From positions 62,001-126,000 of the forward strand of contig CBFFRP010000377.1 of assembly GCA_965644295.1 (NCBI GenBank): DNA of 64,000 nucleotides, written 5' to 3'. Numbering within the stretch: position 1 is the first letter of the stretch; every line of letters begins with the position of its first letter. Position numbers and translations under genes: made by a program. This DNA is from Paraphysomonas bandaiensis (lineage: Eukaryota > Protista > Chrysophyceae). Below are positions 40,122 through 55,018 of this stretch, one piece after another. The notes beneath the pieces were generated by a model. It had not been told where the DNA came from. It was given only the letters and a program-made list of their open reading frames with translations, and did not search any database.

Positions 40122-43100
40122 CTAATTCTTCATTGATTGAAACGTTTGAAGCGCAACCATCGTCTTTTCCATCTCTGCTTCGTACGCTTGTACTTTCTCG
40201 GTATTAAGAACACGGACATGTTCTGGCACTTTATCCTCGTAATCAGGAGCGCTCATCTTCTTTTTATAGGTCTCGACTTGAGTAGTTAGTCTGGCCACCT
40301 CTTTTTCCAAGCGCGCAATCTCGTCATCGACATTAATAAGTCCGGACAGATCCACCAACAGAGAAAGCTGATCGTTAATTACTTTAATGCAGCAACCCTT
40401 AGGGATGGGAATATCATTTCGGAGACGTGTGAGGGATGCACCCTTAGCAAGAGTACAGAAGTCATCTGCCTGGACGGACAAAACATCCGCAACTTCGTCG
40501 CTAGTGGTCTGGATGAAGAATGTGGCTTGCACATGATTTGGAACTTTGTAGTCTGATCGAAGCGACCGGGCAGCGTGGATGGTATCATTCACCATAGACA
40601 TATATTGCTCAACATTATCATTGCTCCACTCCGGAACCTCCTCAGGATAAGCTGTAAGCATAATACTTGGAGTTGTATTCATACTGGTGCGCATTGGGAG
40701 CCTTTGCCAGAGTTCCTCTGTAACGAATGGCATGATAGGGTGGGCTAAACGCAGGAATTGCTCCAAGCATGTATACAGCGTGGCCTGTGCTAGCAACTTG
40801 CTCTCCTCACGCTGCCGCAATTCCTCGCTGCTAAGTTCCGACTCTGCGGTCTGGTGAGCTCCAACAATGGGCTTGATGAGCTCCAAGTAGACATCGCACA
40901 AATCGTACAAGAAGAAAGAGTGCAGCGCAGTTGTAACAGCAGCGAACTGGTAGAGACCCATATTCTCATTGCACTGTCGAATTGTTCTGTTAAGTTTAGA
41001 GAGCACAAAAGCGTCTCTGCGGGCGACGGCGGGATTATTCACAATATTTCGGTGCATGTCAGGAGTTGGGGTAAATTCGTTTAGGTAGGTCACGGCAAAC
41101 CTTACGGCGTTCCACACCTTGTTGCAGAATTGTCTGTAACCGACAACTCGCTTGATATCAAGGTTAACATCACGACCCTGCACAGTGTACGCAAGCAGAC
41201 CGAAACGGAGAGCATCTGTCCCGCACTCCGGAATACCAGTAGGAAAATCAAGCTTCTGCGCCTCTATTGCTTTCTTGACCTCCTTCTCTGAGAGGTTACC
41301 AGACTGGATCTTCATTATTAGATGGTCTAATGTGCAACCAGCAATTACTTCCTGGGGGTCAATAACGTTGCCAAGAGACTTCGACATCTTCCTGCCCATT
41401 TTGTCGCGCACCATTGCATGCAAGTACACAGTCTTGAAGGGCAAGACACCTGTCAGCTGTAGGCCCATCATCACCATGCGTGCAACCCAGAAGAAGAGGA
41501 TATCACCACCTGTCTCTAACAGAGTTGTGGGGTAGAATGCTTTAAAGTCTTCTGTCTCGTTGGGCCATCCGAATACGGAAAAAGGAAAAAGCCCAGATGA
41601 GAACCACGTATCTAGCACGTCCTCATCCTGCGTAAGAACAACGCTTTCCTGAGGAACATTCAACATTTCCGCAGCCTTCTCGAGTGCACCGTCAGGGGTA
41701 CGACTTACGACCCAACGAGAGGAGTTAGCAGGGTCATTCTTGTCTAAGTCCTCGCCCTCAACGGTAGCAAAGTAGGCAGGAATGCGATGTCCCCACCAAA
41801 GCTGTCGGGAGACGCACCAGTCCCTGATATTCTCCAACCAACGGTACCAGATCGCTTCGTGGAAATCTGGAACAAGCTTCAAATCTCCACCTCGAACAGC
41901 AGCAATTGCTTTCTCCGCCATCGAATTACAGTTGACATACCACTGTGGAGTCATCATTGGCTCAATAATATCGCCAGATCGAGAGCAGATACCAAGCCTC
42001 ATCTTGTTTGGCTCCTTGCCGCGATACAGGTCCAGCCGCTTTAGCTCCTCTTCCATTGCAACACGCGCATCGTACCGCATCATTCCCGCGAACATTCCCC
42101 CGTTGGATGCTATTCTACCATCTTCCGTTAACATGATTATCATGTCCAAGTTGTTTCGCTTTCCGGACATATTATCATTCGGGTCATGAGCTGGAGTGAT
42201 TTTCACTGCACCCGTACCAAACGACATGTCCACTAAGGTAGCGTCAGTGATAATAGGGATCTTCCTGTCGACAAAAGGATGCTGGAGGTACTTTCCATGC
42301 AGGTGCGTGTAACGTGGATCCTCTGGATGCACTGCCACTGCAGTATCACCCAGCATGGTCTCCAGACGTGTGGTAGCAACCACGATCTCATCGCCCGATG
42401 GGGTACCATCTTCACCCAGAACCTTGTATGCGAATGATGTGATTACACCAAACTCATATTTATCTCGCTTGGTATGATTCGGCACGCGCAAAAAAGTAGG
42501 CTTTTCAACATCAATGTAATCAACCTCAATCTCCGATATTGCTGATTTGAGAGCGCAGCTCCAATTAACGAGTCGTGTGTCCCTATATATGAGTCCCTGT
42601 TCATGGAAGGTGACAAATGCCTCAGTGACAGCACGGGAGAGGTTATCATCCATAGTAAAGGCCTCGCGTGTCCAGTCGGCAGAGATACCCATCATGCGCT
42701 GCTGTTCGGTAATGCGAGTGCCGTATGCGTTTTTCCACTCCCAGACGCGTTTGGTGAACTCCTCACGACCAATATCATGGCGGCTGAGATTTTCCTCCTT
42801 CTTCAGGCGCTTCTCAACAACAGATTGCGTAGCGATTCCTGCATGATCAATACCAGGGACCCAAAGTGTGACCTTGCCTTTCATACGGTTCCATCTAACA
42901 ATAGTGTCTTCTATGGCAGAAGTGAGAGCGTGGCCCAGGTGCAAAGAACCCGTGACATTAGGCGGGGGAATAACCATAACAAACTTCTCATCATCACTCT
43001 TACCCAGCGCATCACTAGCAGTTGCAGAATAATAACCACACTTCTCCCACCATGCCTGCCATGCTGCCTCCACATACTGCGGCTGATAAGAGGAGGGGAA

Positions 43101-43343
43101 GGGGCCGTCTAATATCTTCTTGTCTCCGGCGGGAGTGTTATCCACAAACACCTCCTCTGGAACCTTCTCCTTCTTCGGCTTCTTCTCTTTCTTTGCAGTG
43201 GGCTCTCCTTTAGCCACAGCAGCGTCCTTGGTCTCCTTCTTCTTCTTAGTCTTGCCCTTCTCAAGCCTCTTAAGAGCGTTCTTGCTCAACTTTTGACCCT
43301 CGCCATCACACACAGGTGTATCGGGAGTATCCGGTGAACTCAT
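40122..43343 (-). CDS. valS: Valyl-tRNA synthetase, intronless (1073 aa)
   Basis: PPPNVTGSLHLGH, DWCVSRQLWWGH, KMSKS and C-terminal coiled coil. The start is placed at MSSPDTP because the upstream part of the ORF is CA/TG low-complexity DNA. Confidence 0.96.
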   Translation of the reverse strand: MSSPDTPDTPVCDGEGQKLSKNALKRLEKGKTKKKKETKDAAVAKGEPTAKKEKKPKKEKVPEEVFVDNTPAGDKKILDGPFPSSYQPQYVEAAWQAWWEKCGYYSATASDALGKSDDEKFVMVIPPPNVTGSLHLGHALTSAIEDTIVRWNRMKGKVTLWVPGIDHAGIATQSVVEKRLKKEENLSRHDIGREEFTKRVWEWKNAYGTRITEQQRMMGISADWTREAFTMDDNLSRAVTEAFVTFHEQGLIYRDTRLVNWSCALKSAISEIEVDYIDVEKPTFLRVPNHTKRDKYEFGVITSFAYKVLGEDGTPSGDEIVVATTRLETMLGDTAVAVHPEDPRYTHLHGKYLQHPFVDRKIPIITDATLVDMSFGTGAVKITPAHDPNDNMSGKRNNLDMIIMLTEDGRIASNGGMFAGMMRYDARVAMEEELKRLDLYRGKEPNKMRLGICSRSGDIIEPMMTPQWYVNCNSMAEKAIAAVRGGDLKLVPDFHEAIWYRWLENIRDWCVSRQLWWGHRIPAYFATVEGEDLDKNDPANSSRWVVSRTPDGALEKAAEMLNVPQESVVLTQDEDVLDTWFSSGLFPFSVFGWPNETEDFKAFYPTTLLETGGDILFFWVARMVMMGLQLTGVLPFKTVYLHAMVRDKMGRKMSKSLGNVIDPQEVIAGCTLDHLIMKIQSGNLSEKEVKKAIEAQKLDFPTGIPECGTDALRFGLLAYTVQGRDVNLDIKRVVGYRQFCNKVWNAVRFAVTYLNEFTPTPDMHRNIVNNPAVARRDAFVLSKLNRTIRQCNENMGLYQFAAVTTALHSFFLYDLCDVYLELIKPIVGAHQTAESELSSEELRQREESKLLAQATLYTCLEQFLRLAHPIMPFVTEELWQRLPMRTSMNTTPSIMLTAYPEEVPEWSNDNVEQYMSMVNDTIHAARSLRSDYKVPNHVQATFFIQTTSDEVADVLSVQADDFCTLAKGASLTRLRNDIPIPKGCCIKVINDQLSLLVDLSGLINVDDEIARLEKEVARLTTQVETYKKKMSAPDYEDKVPEHVRVLNTEKVQAYEAEMEKTMVALQTFQSMKN

Positions 43344-44609
43344 TGGACAGTGTTTGTTTGTCTGTCTGTCTCTGTGGGGGGTGTGTATATATATGATAGA
43401 TATGAGCCTCTGCAGATATATGTGTACACTCACTCCACCATACACACAGCACACACCATACGGACCGTGCCATACACACAGCACGCCTCTCTCCTACATA
43501 CACACACTGTACTACAGCGCTCTGCTTCTTCACTCTTCTTGTGGCTGGGAGTCTCTCTTCTTATATTCGAATACAGTAGGAATACATAGCCCTACCGTTC
43601 AAGTAGTATTGCAGCATGTTTGTCCCCTGTGTGTCCACGGAGCCCTGAGGGTCATGCAGGCAGTTCAACAATCCAGTACAGTCCGCAACTCACAGAAGAA
43701 TCTAATAATTAGCTGTTTCAATAATTACACCCGAAAATATGGCTATGTCTGGTCACCAGAACCTAAAGTGGGAAACCACCACCACTAGGTAGCCACAGTG
43801 GGTATCCTACATAATTTAATCACATCGGCAACTCTCGATCTAATGTTATGTTGCCCACGGGCACGAAATGCAAAACTCTACTTCTATACCAAACGAAAGC
43901 ACATGGGTAAACATCATCCCTTCATAATCTGTAATCTGCAGAGCCCGACAATCCATAACAGTCATATGAAGACCACAACTGGAAGAGATATAGTGTGGGT
44001 TGAGCTAGGATAATATTTATATATCAAGATGATGTCATACCATGAACTACTAGTTCATGCTTTCAAATCAAGAATCTATGTTTGCATATATTTGTCGATT
44101 CTAATATAAAACGAAGAATTAGGTACAGAGCAATCAAATACTACTTGTACAGTTTGCAGCTTAATTTTTATGTTGTGGTATGAATAAATACTTTTTGCAA
44201 ATTATGAATGACCGTTCTTACAAACCATTATACCTATACTACTTCGTACTTCTTAGTGACATTCCTATATGACCTCAGTCTTTCTCAGTAGTTGTAACCC
44301 ATATGGATCATCAATGTATACGATATAGCATATGTGAAATGTATGATATGGCACAACTACGCTATGAACTATACACTATACCGTATTACAGAATTTGGTG
44401 TTAATTGCGCATCTCTCTTCCAGTCTGAAAAAGTGCATAGAAACTATATCCGCAAATACGTGTTATTGTATATATTATTTAATTCACATATTCAAAGGAG
44501 AAACGTATTGCGTCATACACAATTCACAGGACACCTAACAGCTTTAGGGCGAACTCCAATCTATAATACTACATTCGATTGTCGTTTATGGACAGTCAAA
44601 AACGTTAAC

Positions 44610-46701
<2,092 letters not shown>

Positions 46702-47209
46702 ACTTTAAACAGATATAATATTTGTTAATATCAACTATTAGATGAAACAATTGTGAACGACTGGCTCTACGACCACTAAACTGTCTGGTGTTTTAACTGG
46801 AACTACTACAAGTACTACACACTACACTGGTACGATACCTGGATGTTGTGTTCGAACACACACATCATTTCACTCATTCTCACTTTATTTCTGTGGTCTT
46901 GGTAAGAAAATTGGTATCTTTAATGGACACATTTCTTTCACAGCGAAAGTGATACATGTACGTTTCAGGTATAGCCTGAAATCTAGCAGAAATCCATGGA
47001 TATCGCATATTATAGACTTTCCGTCAATAAAACATCATATTTTCTCACAAAATATGATCATACCGAGTACAGCAGTATCTCATATGTACAGCAGGTAGCA
47101 TATCATCTCCGCAGACGCAGCTTCTGACTTGCATATAGCTATATTTCCATCTCCTAACTGCACCACGCACTCGTATCTAGAGACACGTTTAAAGATAATT
47201 CTTGAAACT

Positions 47210-48160
47210 ATGAGGAGGATTTTAAAGCGATCATTTTCTTCTGTGCCGGAGTTGGTAGTTAAATCCACTAAGAACAATGTAACCACGATACGGTATTGAG
47301 ATGGTGCCATATGTTAGTATATGTCATGCACTCTCGTAGGATGAATGACCCAAAGAAATTGAATGGATGGACAGAGCCAATGATGAGAGCAGTTTTCGAT
47401 GTAATTAAACCAGTACTTTTTATAGTTTGCTGATGCTAATTCATAGGCTATAAAACACGCTGATTCAGATGATGAGACAAAGGCAGTTATTCTTACTGGT
47501 ACGGATCCTTACTACTGCGCTGGCGTTAATCTGAGTGGGACAATTAAGCTGATGCACCCAAAAAAACTTTTCAAAACCATTGTAGAGCACAATCAAAGTG
47601 TATTCGATACCTTTTTGGACCGTAAGAAGCCTATGCTAGTTGCTATAAATGGTCCCGCTATTGGTGCCTGCGTGACATCAGCCACTTTATGTGACGCAGT
47701 AATAGCCTCTGAGAAGGCGAAGTTTTTGACTCCGTTTGGACGTCTTGGGATTACTCCCGAAGGGTGTTCAAGCTTTTTATTTTATCACTTGATAGGCAAC
47801 GATAATGCGAGAAGAATGCTTCACGAAGATTGGGAGCCTACGGCCACAGAGGCTAAGGAAATTGGTCTCATAACGGACGTTGTGCCTCATGATAAATTGA
47901 TGGACACTGCACAGTCTATTGCTGAGAAGTGGGTACAAGAAGAGAGACATTTGCAGCCAAGATCGGCTATGGGATACTCGGACTTACAACATCTCAAAGA
48001 GGTTAATGCCCGAGAATCTGTCGAGCTCGGGCACGCCTTTTTATCAGAGAAATTCTTAAGCGCACAGGTAAAATTTCTGGAATCGAAAGGGAAGAGCCAA
48101 CTAGCGTTGATTTTCAAATCTATTCTCTATACCAGACCTGCGTGGTCGAAGCTTTTGTAG
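47210..48160 (+). CDS. Enoyl-CoA delta-isomerase/hydratase (crotonase fold), probably mitochondrial
   Basis: MRRILKRSFSS presequence-like start, YYCAGVNL, KPMLVAINGPAIG, PFGRLGITPEGCSS; two introns. Confidence 0.88.
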
Positions 48161-48389
48161 ACTTAAGCATGTGATTGCAAGAAATCGCATTGACTGTCAC
48201 CACTGTGTGTTGTATATCATAACATGATACGTTCGAAGTCAATAATTGTAAGTAAACGCTAGTTCACTCTATCTGTGTTTCGTGGAGCGGAAATTTTCAC
48301 ATACCCTTTTCTTACGTCTAGGAACTAGGAAGCTACTTATACTTTATACTTCGTATTAGGATTCAGCTTAATACAAGATAGTATCTGTG

Positions 48390-48605
48390 AGTTATAATGT
48401 TCAATGAAATATAGCATGAACTTAATTAGAGAGAGTATCTGTTGAAGATACATGATCGTCATTATCAGTTACACTTCTAACTATTTCGTTGTGCATGACA
48501 GTTATGTTTTATATTGTTATTCATAGTTCTCACTTTACAGTGCTTATCACTTCCGTTCTAATAATCACAATATTGTTTTACTATTACTAAGATCAATTCT
48601 TTATT
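48390..48605 (+). repeat. Dispersed AT-rich repeat family B, copy 1
   Basis: Aligns with 53500-53671 (AATTAGAGAGAGTATCTGT...TATTGTTTTACTATTACTAAGATCAATTC). Confidence 0.85.
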
Positions 48606-48868
48606 CTTCGTTCTTAGTATTGCTACATGTACCTACATTACTCCACTCTCCACTAGCACTACATCGCGTTGTTAACAATAAAGGGTATGCAGTAAAGATG
48701 CATGAAGAAAACGACTGGTCCAAATATCTACTAAAATTATTCTATAATTACCTTACGCGTTTCTATGTGAGCAATCTATTTTTCTCCTTACGCTAATTCA
48801 TGTCTCATGGGCGGGTGATGATACAAGAGCGCACTTGGGACTAGTCACATATGCACCTCGATTGGTAC

Positions 48869-49961
48869 TTATTTATCGGATCCGATTCCAAGCAATAGGT
48901 TACTTCCACTAGATCCAGAACCAGAGCCGTTATTCCCTGGGATGTATGTCACGTTGCGGGCTCTACCCACGACACCGGCAACCTCCTTCGCAGTGTCGAT
49001 ACGACGGAGCTCAATGATTCCATTACCCGCCTTTGCAATTGCATTCGAGATCAATGTAGCGGCCTATATATAGATTTAAAAATACTTTTAAGAAACGCTT
49101 TCCTCACCTCCGCTTCTCCCTCGGCGCGAATAACAGCTGCCTTCCGCTCCTGGTCGGATTTGGCCACAACCCAGCTCTGGCGCTCGGCTTCTTGCTGCGC
49201 CACCTGTTTATGCTCAATCGCCTTCGCAAATTCACGTCCGAATGTGAGATGGGTGATGCTAACGTCATCCAGAATGAGATGGAAATGTGCAGCTCGCTTA
49301 ATGAGGTCCCTTCTGATCTGCTGGGATATTATGGCTCTTTTAGACAAAAGCTCCTCCGCATTGTACTGTGCGACAACCGCCTTCAGAACCTCGTTTCCTA
49401 ATATATGTAAGATCGATCCGACAACCATGACATAAAATAATTACCGAGGGATGGAAGAACACGGTCATCAAAGTCAACTCCTAGCGTCTTATATATTTCA
49501 GGAAGATCCTCCTCCTGTGGTCTTGACAGCACTCTCAAAGAGATGTTTACCTACAATGAGTTCTAAGGCATAGCTAGATAGGACATAAATATGATTACCA
49601 TTTGCAGATCTTTAGTTCCAGTTGAGGAATGGATAGATCTTGGACGTGCTCTGATGTCCATAATGATTGGTTCCTACGAAAAATGTAATGGAAAAAACTT
49701 CAATTATGTGTCACTGCACCTGGAGAAAAGGAATACGGACGTGAGTCCCCTCACCAACAACTTGCTTCTGGATTCCACTGATTTTATCAAAAATAACAGC
49801 CCTTCTACCTCCATCAACTAAGAGCAACACAACAAACAAAAATTACACCACTGCAAAACAACACACAGCTCCCTACCATCATAAAGACAGAGCTCAGAAA
49901 CCACCCCTGCGGCAACAGCCAGTGAGCCAGCACGTGTAGCGAACTTGATTAAAGGTTCCAT
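48869..49961 (-). CDS. PHB1: Prohibitin (PHB1-like)
   Basis: [51 protein letters not shown]; several introns. Confidence 0.93.
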
Positions 49962-50294
49962 CGATGCTATTATGAGGGTTATGTATCAGTGGACTAAACT
50001 ATACTTGACTGAAGGAAACGGAGTGACTGAGACATGCACAATACTTGTGGCACAGAACAGCCAGAACTAAAACATCTAGACAACACACACAAAAAAAAGT
50101 ACAGGTACGGGTACAGAAGTACGTCGTACGTATATACATACCTACTGTACCTACCTACAGAGCTATGACATAAATACAGCGGTACATACATTTTATACGT
50201 AGCTACATATACATATACAAGCATTTGCATGCATATCTTGCAGCCGCATGATGCACTTCTTCAGGTAGATGCATGGTATAGTCTGCGGGGAGTG

Positions 50295-51392
50295 ATGCAT
50301 AGATATTCCGTGTATTTAGTAATATGTATGCTCTATTTCTCGTCTGGGGGTTTAGTGTCAGAGGTTGGTGTTGATGGGGGGGGGTTGTCTGCTGAGGGTA
50401 TGCCCTCTATAGGCCGGGCAGTGTATAATTTGGTTGATATAGAAGGGTATGTTCCACGTAGATGTAATGTGGATGATCGCATATGCATCATCATGGATAC
50501 TCTTTACTCTGTTATTGATGCGATGCCATCTAGTGGCTCCGACTATCAGTCTAATGCTTGTGAGTTCTCAACTGCGCTTTCGAATTACTTCTGTGGGGTG
50601 GAGCAACTGTGGATGGTACTGGACAGGATGATGGAGAAACACGGCCCTCACTCGTATATGTATGGCTATATTCGAAAGGTACAGTTAGCTAAAATGCTCG
50701 AAGCTATCGATAACCTGCAGGCGTCGACTTACTGCGAGGTTGGAATGAATGGTGGTCACTCGGCAGCTGCAATTCTTTCTGCGCGAGACGATATAAAGGT
50801 TTATTCCTTTGACATTGCTGCTTTTGGATACAGCAGGCCAATAGCAGAACTACTAGATACAGTGTTTCCGGGTAGGTTTACTGCTATATTTGGACCCTCT
50901 GCAGAGACAGCGCCAGACTACATTCGACAGCATCTCGAAAATAAGTGCGACATCATATTCATTGATGGAAGTCATGCGGAAGACGATGCACTTGTTGATA
51001 TTGTTAATTTTGCAAAGGCAGCATCGCCTCAACATGCACTGTTTTTAGATGACACACCATGCTTGGACTGGGAGTGCTACCTCGGCTCTTTCCGCTCGCA
51101 GTGGTGTCGATACTCTAGTGTACTTCATTTGCCAGTTGCAGTACGATATGTGATAAAGCACTTGGCTACATTATCATTGTTGCGAGATGTGGAATTTTTT
51201 GATTATGAATGTGGTCACCCTTGCAACGACCCTGTTCAAGTTGACTCATCCACCCACAGAATGGTGTGGGGCTGGGCCAGTGCAAAGTACAACTTGAATA
51301 ATCGCAATATGTGTGATGGAGATTCCATGCATCAATGCTCCTCTAGAAATAAAATATCACCTCATTTTCTTTTCTGGGAACATGAGCTCTAA
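50295..51392 (+). CDS. Secreted/membrane-anchored class I SAM methyltransferase (Methyltransf_24-like)
   Basis: EVGMNGGHSA, YSFD, CDIIFIDGSH, LFLDD motifs; hydrophobic N-terminus; alternative start at 50229. Confidence 0.75.
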   Translation: MHRYSVYLVICMLYFSSGGLVSEVGVDGGGLSAEGMPSIGRAVYNLVDIEGYVPRRCNVDDRICIIMDTLYSVIDAMPSSGSDYQSNACEFSTALSNYFCGVEQLWMVLDRMMEKHGPHSYMYGYIRKVQLAKMLEAIDNLQASTYCEVGMNGGHSAAAILSARDDIKVYSFDIAAFGYSRPIAELLDTVFPGRFTAIFGPSAETAPDYIRQHLENKCDIIFIDGSHAEDDALVDIVNFAKAASPQHALFLDDTPCLDWECYLGSFRSQWCRYSSVLHLPVAVRYVIKHLATLSLLRDVEFFDYECGHPCNDPVQVDSSTHRMVWGWASAKYNLNNRNMCDGDSMHQCSSRNKISPHFLFWEHEL

Positions 51393-52260
51393 GAACGGTG
51401 CATGATATTTGTAAAATATATTTCATTATGTAAGTTTACTCGTAGAACAGGCCTTTTATATAACTTGTTAATACTCTGCATTATTTACTCGTATCAGTAG
51501 TATCTACATTGCTGCTTAAACGAATCGAGTTCGTGTACTACAATTTTCAACTGCTGTATTCTACAAGTAACTATCATACTTCGAATACCTTAAAATGCAG
51601 GTTTTAATTGCTTACAAGTATGCAAAACTCGACAAGGAAAACAGTATTTATGTCGTTGACTTTGGATCTAAAAATCTACTGATTCGGGGATATTGTTTTT
51701 TGCTCTGAGGAGACAAGCACAGTCGAATTAAAAGTTGCCGCTTTGGATGCTAAATGGAATTAAGGATCATAAACTGGAATATACAAATACTTTATAGAAA
51801 CAGTACTATTGCAAACTATAGTAGTTTCACTGATCAGTAAGTAAGTAGTATCACTGATCAGTAAGTAAGCACATCCGTATATGCTATCTTAAGTATTTGT
51901 CATTTTTTTCCTCGTCATCTGAGCCATCATATCGATGACGCCAGCATCTCCATTATTGTGAGCTACTTTAGCAAAAACAATATTGATGGAAATTTTTGCC
52001 GGTCCACCAATCAATATACTGTTACCGAACCCTGGTACTATCTATAATGGCCCGTTTTTGTAATCCAGAAGTACGATATGTTTTTTCTACTTCTATCACT
52101 CTGATCTCTGGTAACAACTGTACATGTTTTAGAAAATTCACACATAATATATTATAGTATATATAAAGTAAGGTTTGAAATTTCTTTTTCACGTAAATTT
52201 GTAAACACATAAAAGGGTACCACAAAAGAGTGATCTCTAATCAGTTATCGTTAGTAATTG

Positions 52261-53180
52261 CCCTCAACAAAGTCGGACTCGAATCTTTTCGTGGTGTTCT
52301 GGGGAGTAAGTACCGGAGATATTTCAGCGGGAAACTAACGTGAGCAGCAAACATATAGACAGTAGTAGATAACGCTATGTCAACTCATATTCATATACAT
52401 CTCGCCTCATCCGCCCCTCACATAATCCATGGCACAGGCCCGCCAGACACATTGCCCAAAGGTATACCCCCCGACTAACCTCAATACAAGGGACGGCTGC
52501 ACCATGGTGCTCGCAGCGATGCACAAGCAGTCCCGAGACGGTTGCCTGCCACTAGTAGTATTTAGCAAATCTAGTTATTACTGTTGTTAGTCTATAGATA
52601 TAAACTAGTTTCTGTACACAACTGTTTTCATGTAATAATCAGACTTTCCTATATGTCCACTCATATTCAAATATTTGTGGGGTATACAATATAAGTGTCA
52701 CTTGTGTAGAGATGTCTTTTGGCCTTGATGAATAAACAGGCATCCGGAAATGGGCCCACCTCAAGGGTCACCGGGTATTATTACGATGCATGAAGTCAAC
52801 CATCCGGGCTGTTCACCACTTAAGCGAAAGTGGTTGCACCTTGGTGCTTGCGGTGACGCACAAGCAGCTTTCGTAGCGCCAACAAATAATATATAGTAGG
52901 ATATCAGAGTTAAGCACAAGTTAGTTCAAATATAGTTGCTTTTTGCTAACTCAGTTCTGATTCGTACGCGCCTATTTTGCTAATAACCAGACATTCACTA
53001 CATTGTAGCTTTAAATACTAGGATATCAGAGTTAAGCAGTAAGTACCAGTTAGTTAAATTGTTTTGCTATAAGCTAGTTCCAACTATTATATATAATAAG
53101 ACATTCACTACTATTGGGCTACCTGCTGAAGAAGTCAATCATCCGGGCTGTTAACCTTAGAAACTCAAAAATCCTGAAGT
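52261..53180 (+). repeat. Dispersed repeat family A, rearranged multi-module cluster
   Basis: Carries the family A modules, several duplicated (GATATCAGAGTTAAGCA twice; GAAGTCAA..CATCCGGGCTGTT twice). A further piece lies at 53777-53855. Confidence 0.85.
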
Positions 53181-53193
53181 TAGCAGATATCAG

Positions 53194-53884
53194 CAGGGCC
53201 AGCCAACGATTGCAATATATTGCAATCAAAAATAAAAAATAATAATAATAATTTCTAGACCAATAATAATTATTAAGAATTGAGCTCGATTGGTAGTAGA
53301 GGTTACAACATAATGATGCAACAGCTTGTACTCTAAGTGTTCCAACTCTTCGTCACTGTCGTCCACATTCTTGTAATCGGACAGTTCATCATCAATGTCC
53401 TGTTGCACTACTGTAGTTGCGGTCCACAAGTGCTTGTTGAAGCGAAGGAACTGCAGCAGTTTTATTAGGATTCATCTTAATGCAAAATAGTATGCGTGCG
53501 TTATGATGTTCAATGAAATTTATCATGAACTGAATTAGAGAGAGTATCTGTCTAATACTTCTAACTATTACGTTGTGTATGATAGTTATGTTCTGAATTA
53601 CTATTCACTTTTCTCACTTTATTGTGTTTATCACTATATTGTTTTACTATTACTAAGATCAATTCCTTATTAGCTCGAGACGTCGTGGGGTCATGATAAT
53701 CTTGGCTCAGCTGAATAAACGCTCCGCAACGTTTGTTGTACTGAATATGTGCTTGGTCAATTGATACTGGGAGTCAAGCGCAAAATAGTAGGATATCATC
53801 AGAGTTAAGCACCAGTTAGTTAAATTGTTTTGCTAAATTAGTTCTGACTCTTATTGCAACCCAATATATTATTACCTGGCCCTG
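53194..53884. mobile_element. hAT-like non-autonomous relic
   Basis: Terminal inverted repeat CAGGGCCAG...CTGGCCCTG with shared subterminal ATTGCAA/CAATATATT motifs; internal FLRFNKHLW resembles a hAT transposase C-terminus; no 8-bp TSD visible. Confidence 0.5.
53500..53671 (+). repeat. Dispersed AT-rich repeat family B, copy 2
   Basis: Aligns with 48390-48605, with two internal deletions. Confidence 0.85.
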
Positions 53885-54663
53885 TACGTTAGTAATTAAC
53901 TACATAGAGTAATACTATTTAATACGGGATCTATTTTTCGACCTCTAGTCAATTTGGTGGAATTTCCTAGTCACACCAAAATTGGTGTAAAAACCTAGTC
54001 AAAAGGTTGAAAAACCTAGTCATTAAATAATTAGATTTTTAACTTTACAATGACTAGGTTGACTTGGTGGAATAGGGTATTCACCTAGTCAAACGTGGGA
54101 GCATACTCTAGCAAATATTGCATGCATGCAATATGCAATGTGCAATGTGCATCATATATTTCAGCATCGTATCTTAGGATGGACAAATATCTCATCAGGG
54201 GCATCAGAGAACCGACGCTGCCATCGAAACCCTTTCTCGCTCTTGTATACCAGCACCAATCCAAGCATATACATATCTCCAGGCACTCGAATTATTGCAA
54301 GGACTGCCGCAAATCCTTTCAGGCATAATGGAGCTTGTTGACAATAATGTTCCCTGACGATAACATTAAGATATGTACAGGACAATATATATCTCGTAGA
54401 GACTATTGAGGGAAAACTGCCAGTGATCCATCCCGTGGCAGAGAGATTAAAGTGCTCCACTGTACGACGGACTCCTCATCGTTTGATCTGCTCCTGGAAA
54501 GGCAGTCCATTTCAGTGATGTTGTTTTTACGAATACACAGACTTTGACATGAAAACCCCTCTTTTTTCTTAATCGGTCTAGAAACATGGGGTATTCATGC
54601 ACTCCTGGGAGTCAAAGCAGTCGCTCAACAAGCAAGTCGCTGAAGGAAGGTAAGCGATCTCAC

Positions 54664-54970
54664 TATTAATTTACGCTTTTAGTTAGTGCAATATTGACTG
54701 ATTGATATTATAGGAGATATAGTAAGTTTATGATGTTGTAGCCCTGTGAGTTAGGAACCACGTCATTCACCAACATCAACATTCTGTTCTACAAATCATA
54801 TCTTTAACAGCTACTATATTTTCAGTTTCTTTGTATACTTGTAATAGCTACTCCTATACTGTAGTCATGTATATTCTGTATTTCATTGCTACATAGAATA
54901 CAGGATAACTACTAGCGATTGACTTTACCAAACTTCAAGTACGCACGTAGGAGTTGGTTGTAGTTCAATA
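54664..54970 (-). repeat. 3' LTR
   Basis: Direct repeat of 59536-59842; termini TATT...AATA. Confidence 0.95.
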
Positions 54971-55018
54971 CTCCCACTCAATGAACATATCAGAATATAC
55001 TGTGATGAGCAAGTCTAC

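Noticed and set aside
43344-43484. 47-aa N-terminal extension of ValRS
   Set aside because: Translates low-complexity CA/TG promoter-type DNA and is not presequence-like.
48140-48160. Peroxisomal PTS1 on the enoyl-CoA isomerase
   Set aside because: The protein ends SKLL, not SKL-stop, and the N-terminus looks mitochondrial.
51820-51870. 24-bp tandem duplication
   Set aside because: Two copies only; an ordinary local slippage event.
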